A DNA stretch of 64,000 nucleotides. Source: Candidatus Altimarinota bacterium. Its GTDB lineage: Bacteria > Patescibacteriota > Gracilibacteria > CAIRYL01 > GCA-016699755. The position numbers and the translations under genes were made by a program. The notes under the pieces were generated by a model that did no database searches, was not told where the DNA came from, and saw only the letters and a program-made list of their open reading frames with translations. The stretch is taken from the NCBI GenBank assembly GCA_963664295.1, contig OY760935.1, positions 1,120,001 to 1,184,000 of the forward strand, written 5' to 3'. Of this stretch, positions 60,640-64,000 are shown in pieces; within the stretch, counting starts at the first letter, position 1; every line of letters starts with the position of its first letter.

Positions 60640-62349
60640 GTGAAAAACAATGAAATAGCAGATGAATTTGATCAATTTGCAGAAATTTTAGAATTTCAAG
60701 GTAAAGAAAAAGACCTCTTTCGCATTCGGTCATACAGACGAGGTGCGCAAATTTTGCGTAATTTGCCGGAAGCAATAGACAAAATATCTTTTAAAGAGCT
60801 CATAAAGATTAGCGGAATTGGTGAAGGATTGGCGCATAAAATCATTGAATATACAGAAAAAGGCAAAATTTATGAATTTGAAGATGAGTATAAAAAAATT
60901 CCTCCAGGGATTTTTGAGTTAATGAAAATCCCAACATTAGGGCCAAAAAGAATGAAATTGCTTTATGATTCTTTAAATATTACTGATCCTGCAGAATTAA
61001 AAACAGCAATTGAAAAAGGTGAAGTGCAAAAATTGCCTACTTTTGGCGAAAAAAGTGCTCAAAAACTGCTTTGGGGATTAGAAATTTATTCAGGAATTAC
61101 CGAAAGAGTGCCCAGAGGAGCGGTTTACGGACTTGCTTATAGAATTTTAAATAAAATGCAGGCACAAAAATTTGTAAAAAAAGCAGAAATTGCTGGCTCT
61201 TTTCGCAGAGGAGCGGACACAGTGCATGATTTAGATTTTTTGGCTACTGGTGATGCGGAAAAAATAATAGAATTTTTTTGCTCTCTTGAAGATGTAGCAG
61301 AGGTGATGTCTAGAGGCACAACAAAAGTTAGTGTTTTATTAAAAAACAATTTACCTGCCGACTTGCGCGTAGTTTCTGAGGATATTTGGGGCAGTGGTTT
61401 GCAACATTTCACAGGTTCAAAAAATCATAATGTTCACATTCGATCTAGAGCAAAAAAAATGGGATTAAAAATATCCGAATGGGGAGTTTTTAAAAGAGAC
61501 AAAGTAATAGCAGGTAAAACCGAAGAAGAAGTATATAAAGCAGTAGGTTTGCCTTGGTTTCCGCCGGAAATTCGTGAAGATAGTGGAGAATTTCAAAAAG
61601 CAAAAGAAAATAAATTACCAAAATTAATTGAAGAAAAAGATATAAAAGGTGACCTACATTTACATAGTGTTTTTTCTGATGGCAATTCCACTATCGAAGA
61701 AATAGCCAAAAAAGCAATAAAAAGAAAATATGAATACATTGCTATTACTGATCACTCTCAAGCATTAGCTTATATTGCCAATGGACTTGACGAAAAACGT
61801 TTAATAGAACAAAAGAAAGAGATTGAAAGAGTTCAAAAATTATATCCACAAATTAAGATTTTTTGGGGCACAGAATGCGATATTCTTAAAGATGGCTCTT
61901 TGGATTTTCCTGATAAAATTTTAAAAAATTTTGATTTCGTAATTGCTTCTATACATAGCGGATTATATGGTGATCAGACAAAACGAACTATGAAAGCACT
62001 ACAAAATCCTTATATCAATGTATTAGGTCATCCAACTGGTCGCCGTTTTGGTTATCGAGAAGAAGTGCCTGCAGATTACTCAAAAATTTTCAAAGAATGT
62101 GTAATAAGAAATATAGCCTTGGAAATAAACTCAACCTTTGATCGTCTTGATTTGCGCAGTGAGCTTGCCAGAGAAGCAGTTTACGATTATGGAGCAAAAA
62201 TAATTATCAATACAGATTCTCATGTAGCAGAAAAAATGGACGATATTCATTTTGGTGTCACAGTTGCTCGCAGAGCCTGGCTAGAAAAAAAGCATGTAAT
62301 AAACACGCTTTCTTTAAAACAATTTGAAAAATTTATTAAGAAAAATTAG
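60640..62349 (+). CDS. polX: DNA polymerase X with PHP domain
   Basis: HhH motifs, AGSFRR...DLDFL, ADLR, HFTGSKNHN, PPEIRE, DLHLHS, ITDHS, NTDSH. Confidence 0.95.
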   Translation: MKNNEIADEFDQFAEILEFQGKEKDLFRIRSYRRGAQILRNLPEAIDKISFKELIKISGIGEGLAHKIIEYTEKGKIYEFEDEYKKIPPGIFELMKIPTLGPKRMKLLYDSLNITDPAELKTAIEKGEVQKLPTFGEKSAQKLLWGLEIYSGITERVPRGAVYGLAYRILNKMQAQKFVKKAEIAGSFRRGADTVHDLDFLATGDAEKIIEFFCSLEDVAEVMSRGTTKVSVLLKNNLPADLRVVSEDIWGSGLQHFTGSKNHNVHIRSRAKKMGLKISEWGVFKRDKVIAGKTEEEVYKAVGLPWFPPEIREDSGEFQKAKENKLPKLIEEKDIKGDLHLHSVFSDGNSTIEEIAKKAIKRKYEYIAITDHSQALAYIANGLDEKRLIEQKKEIERVQKLYPQIKIFWGTECDILKDGSLDFPDKILKNFDFVIASIHSGLYGDQTKRTMKALQNPYINVLGHPTGRRFGYREEVPADYSKIFKECVIRNIALEINSTFDRLDLRSELAREAVYDYGAKIIINTDSHVAEKMDDIHFGVTVARRAWLEKKHVINTLSLKQFEKFIKKN

Positions 62350-62966
62350 CCAAGCTCTCGGCCAATTTTATCAATAATATCAAGACATTCACCAATTCTT
62401 TCATTTTCTGGTTCTATAGTGATTGCTTTTTCTAATAATATTCTTGCTTTGTTTACTTTTTTGTCTTCTAGGTAGCAAACTCCAAGATCGCAAAGCACGG
62501 TAGGACTGTCTGGGTCTATGTGTAGGGCTCTTTCTAGTATTGCAAGTCCGCGATTTTTCTCTCCTTTATGAAAAAGACCCCAACCAAGACAGCGTAAAAT
62601 TTCCGGATTATTTGGATCATGATCATTAGCAATATCAAGATACTTAATGGCTGTTTCCCAATTTTCATCATAGAGACTTAAAAAGCCAACAACATGATTT
62701 GCTTCAGAATTATTTTCATCAATTGTTAAAATATAATCAGCACATTTTTTTGCTTTTTCGCTTTCACCCAAAGAAAGAAAGTTGTTTGCTATTTCAGAAA
62801 TTGCTTCAACACACTGAGGGTCATCTATAATAATTTTTTCCAAAGTTTTTACTGCTTCATCATGTTTGCCAGCAATTTTTAGTTTTTCAGACCGACAAAG
62901 AAGCTCAATAGCCCTTTTGGAAAGCGCTTTTCTTGAGTGCTTTGCTCTTAGTGTTTTTTCTGTCAT
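62346..62966 (-). CDS. Tetratricopeptide-repeat protein
   Basis: Repeated A...L..A...DP.N helical pattern. Confidence 0.85.
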   Translation of the reverse strand: MTEKTLRAKHSRKALSKRAIELLCRSEKLKIAGKHDEAVKTLEKIIIDDPQCVEAISEIANNFLSLGESEKAKKCADYILTIDENNSEANHVVGFLSLYDENWETAIKYLDIANDHDPNNPEILRCLGWGLFHKGEKNRGLAILERALHIDPDSPTVLCDLGVCYLEDKKVNKARILLEKAITIEPENERIGECLDIIDKIGRELG

Positions 62967-63045
62967 TTTATTTTTAAATCAAATCCTATTATTCTCTCAT
63001 ATTTTTAAAGATTTGACCAGGTTTTTATATTGACACAAAAACAGT

Positions 63046-63912
63046 TTAATTACCTAGCTTAGATTTCAAGAAAGCCTTGAAATCATCTTTTAAATCATCT
63101 CTTTCAAGCGCAGAATCCACAACAGCCTGCAAAAAACCAAGTTTACTGCCTGTGTCAAAACGCTCTCCCTTAATCTTTTTGCCAAAAATTGCTCTTGTTT
63201 CAGACAGCTTAATAAATCCGTCAATCAATCTTAGCTCTCCATCTTTACTTCTTTTTGCTTTTTTAAGTGCATCAAATATTTCTGGAGTACAGACATATTG
63301 ACCAATAATAGCTAAATTAGAAGGTGCTTCTTTAATGCTTGGTTTTTCAACCATATCAAGAATTTCAAAACTATCACTATTGCTTTTTGGTTTAACAATT
63401 CCAAACCTAGGAATATCTTGTTCCAGCACTTCTTGAACTCCTATTACAGAGCTTTGTTCTCGTTCATAAGTTTCTATTAGTTGTTTTGGTGCGGGTGTTT
63501 TATATTTAATAATATCATCACCAAAAATTACACAAAAAGGTTCATCGCCAACAACAGATTCAGCCTGTAAAATAGCATCACCATCACCTTTTGGTTCAGG
63601 TTGACGCACAAAAACAAATTTAGCTAAGTTTTCCATTTTTTTAGCTAATTTTAATTCTTCTTTTTTATTTTTTTTCTCCAAAAGATACTCAAGCTCAAAA
63701 CAAGTGTCAAAATGATCTTCTATTGCTCTTTTTCCACGCCCAGTAATAAGAATTATCTCTTCTATGCCACTTTTATTAGCTTCTTCAGCAAGAATTTGAA
63801 TTACTGGCTTATCTACAATAGGTAGCATTTCCTTTGGAATTGCCTTTGTAAAGGGTAGAAATCTTGTGCCAAAACCGGCAACAGGGAATATTGCTTTTTT
63901 AACTTTTTTCAT
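63046..63912 (-). CDS. galU: UTP-glucose-1-phosphate uridylyltransferase
   Basis: KAIFPVAGFGTRFLP.TKAIPKEMLPIVDKP, VRQPEPKG, VEKP. Confidence 0.95.
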   Translation of the reverse strand: MKKVKKAIFPVAGFGTRFLPFTKAIPKEMLPIVDKPVIQILAEEANKSGIEEIILITGRGKRAIEDHFDTCFELEYLLEKKNKKEELKLAKKMENLAKFVFVRQPEPKGDGDAILQAESVVGDEPFCVIFGDDIIKYKTPAPKQLIETYEREQSSVIGVQEVLEQDIPRFGIVKPKSNSDSFEILDMVEKPSIKEAPSNLAIIGQYVCTPEIFDALKKAKRSKDGELRLIDGFIKLSETRAIFGKKIKGERFDTGSKLGFLQAVVDSALERDDLKDDFKAFLKSKLGN

Positions 63913-64000
63913 AGTAAAAAAATTTTCTCAATTACAAGAGTTAATGTAAAGAGATTTTATCTATCAGCATTAAGATCGTCTATCCTTTCCATTAAGAGTG

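Overview
Compact, very AT-rich chromosomal segment that looks like a Patescibacteria (CPR) bacterium, most like Peregrinibacteria or code-11 Gracilibacteria. This is inference from the abutting genes, scattered ribosomal operons, unlinked rRNA genes, orphan metabolic enzymes and a giant surface protein. An intact frameshifting prfB indicates that TGA is a stop codon. Housekeeping content: infC-rpmI-rplT-tRNA-Leu-rplY, prfB (+1 frameshift), CIRCE-controlled dnaK, tRNA-Val, tRNA-Thr, a stand-alone 23S-5S operon with no 16S, trmD fused to a GNAT domain, tsaD, isolated rplV-rpsC, ftsX, recO, ftsK, rpsF-rpsR, a Xer recombinase, polX and galU. Isolated cofactor or metabolic genes: nadA, fumarase alpha subunit, riboflavin synthase, RibL-type FAD synthase and leuA. 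Most interesting: (1) a ~19 kb tightly packed minus-strand run led by a 4433-aa SLH-bearing, Ca-repeat, gingipain-like multidomain protein followed by four exported Cys-rich orphan proteins; (2) a 159-bp tandem repeat built from sense and antisense pieces of tRNA-Val plus GNA mini-hairpins, with a related hairpin element after tRNA-Thr; (3) a 1.5-kaa helical protein with a gluzincin-like HExxH...E module; (4) block-wise switching of synonymous A/C- versus T-ending codons within genes. No CRISPR array, transposase or prophage was seen. All domain calls are by eye, not from database searches.
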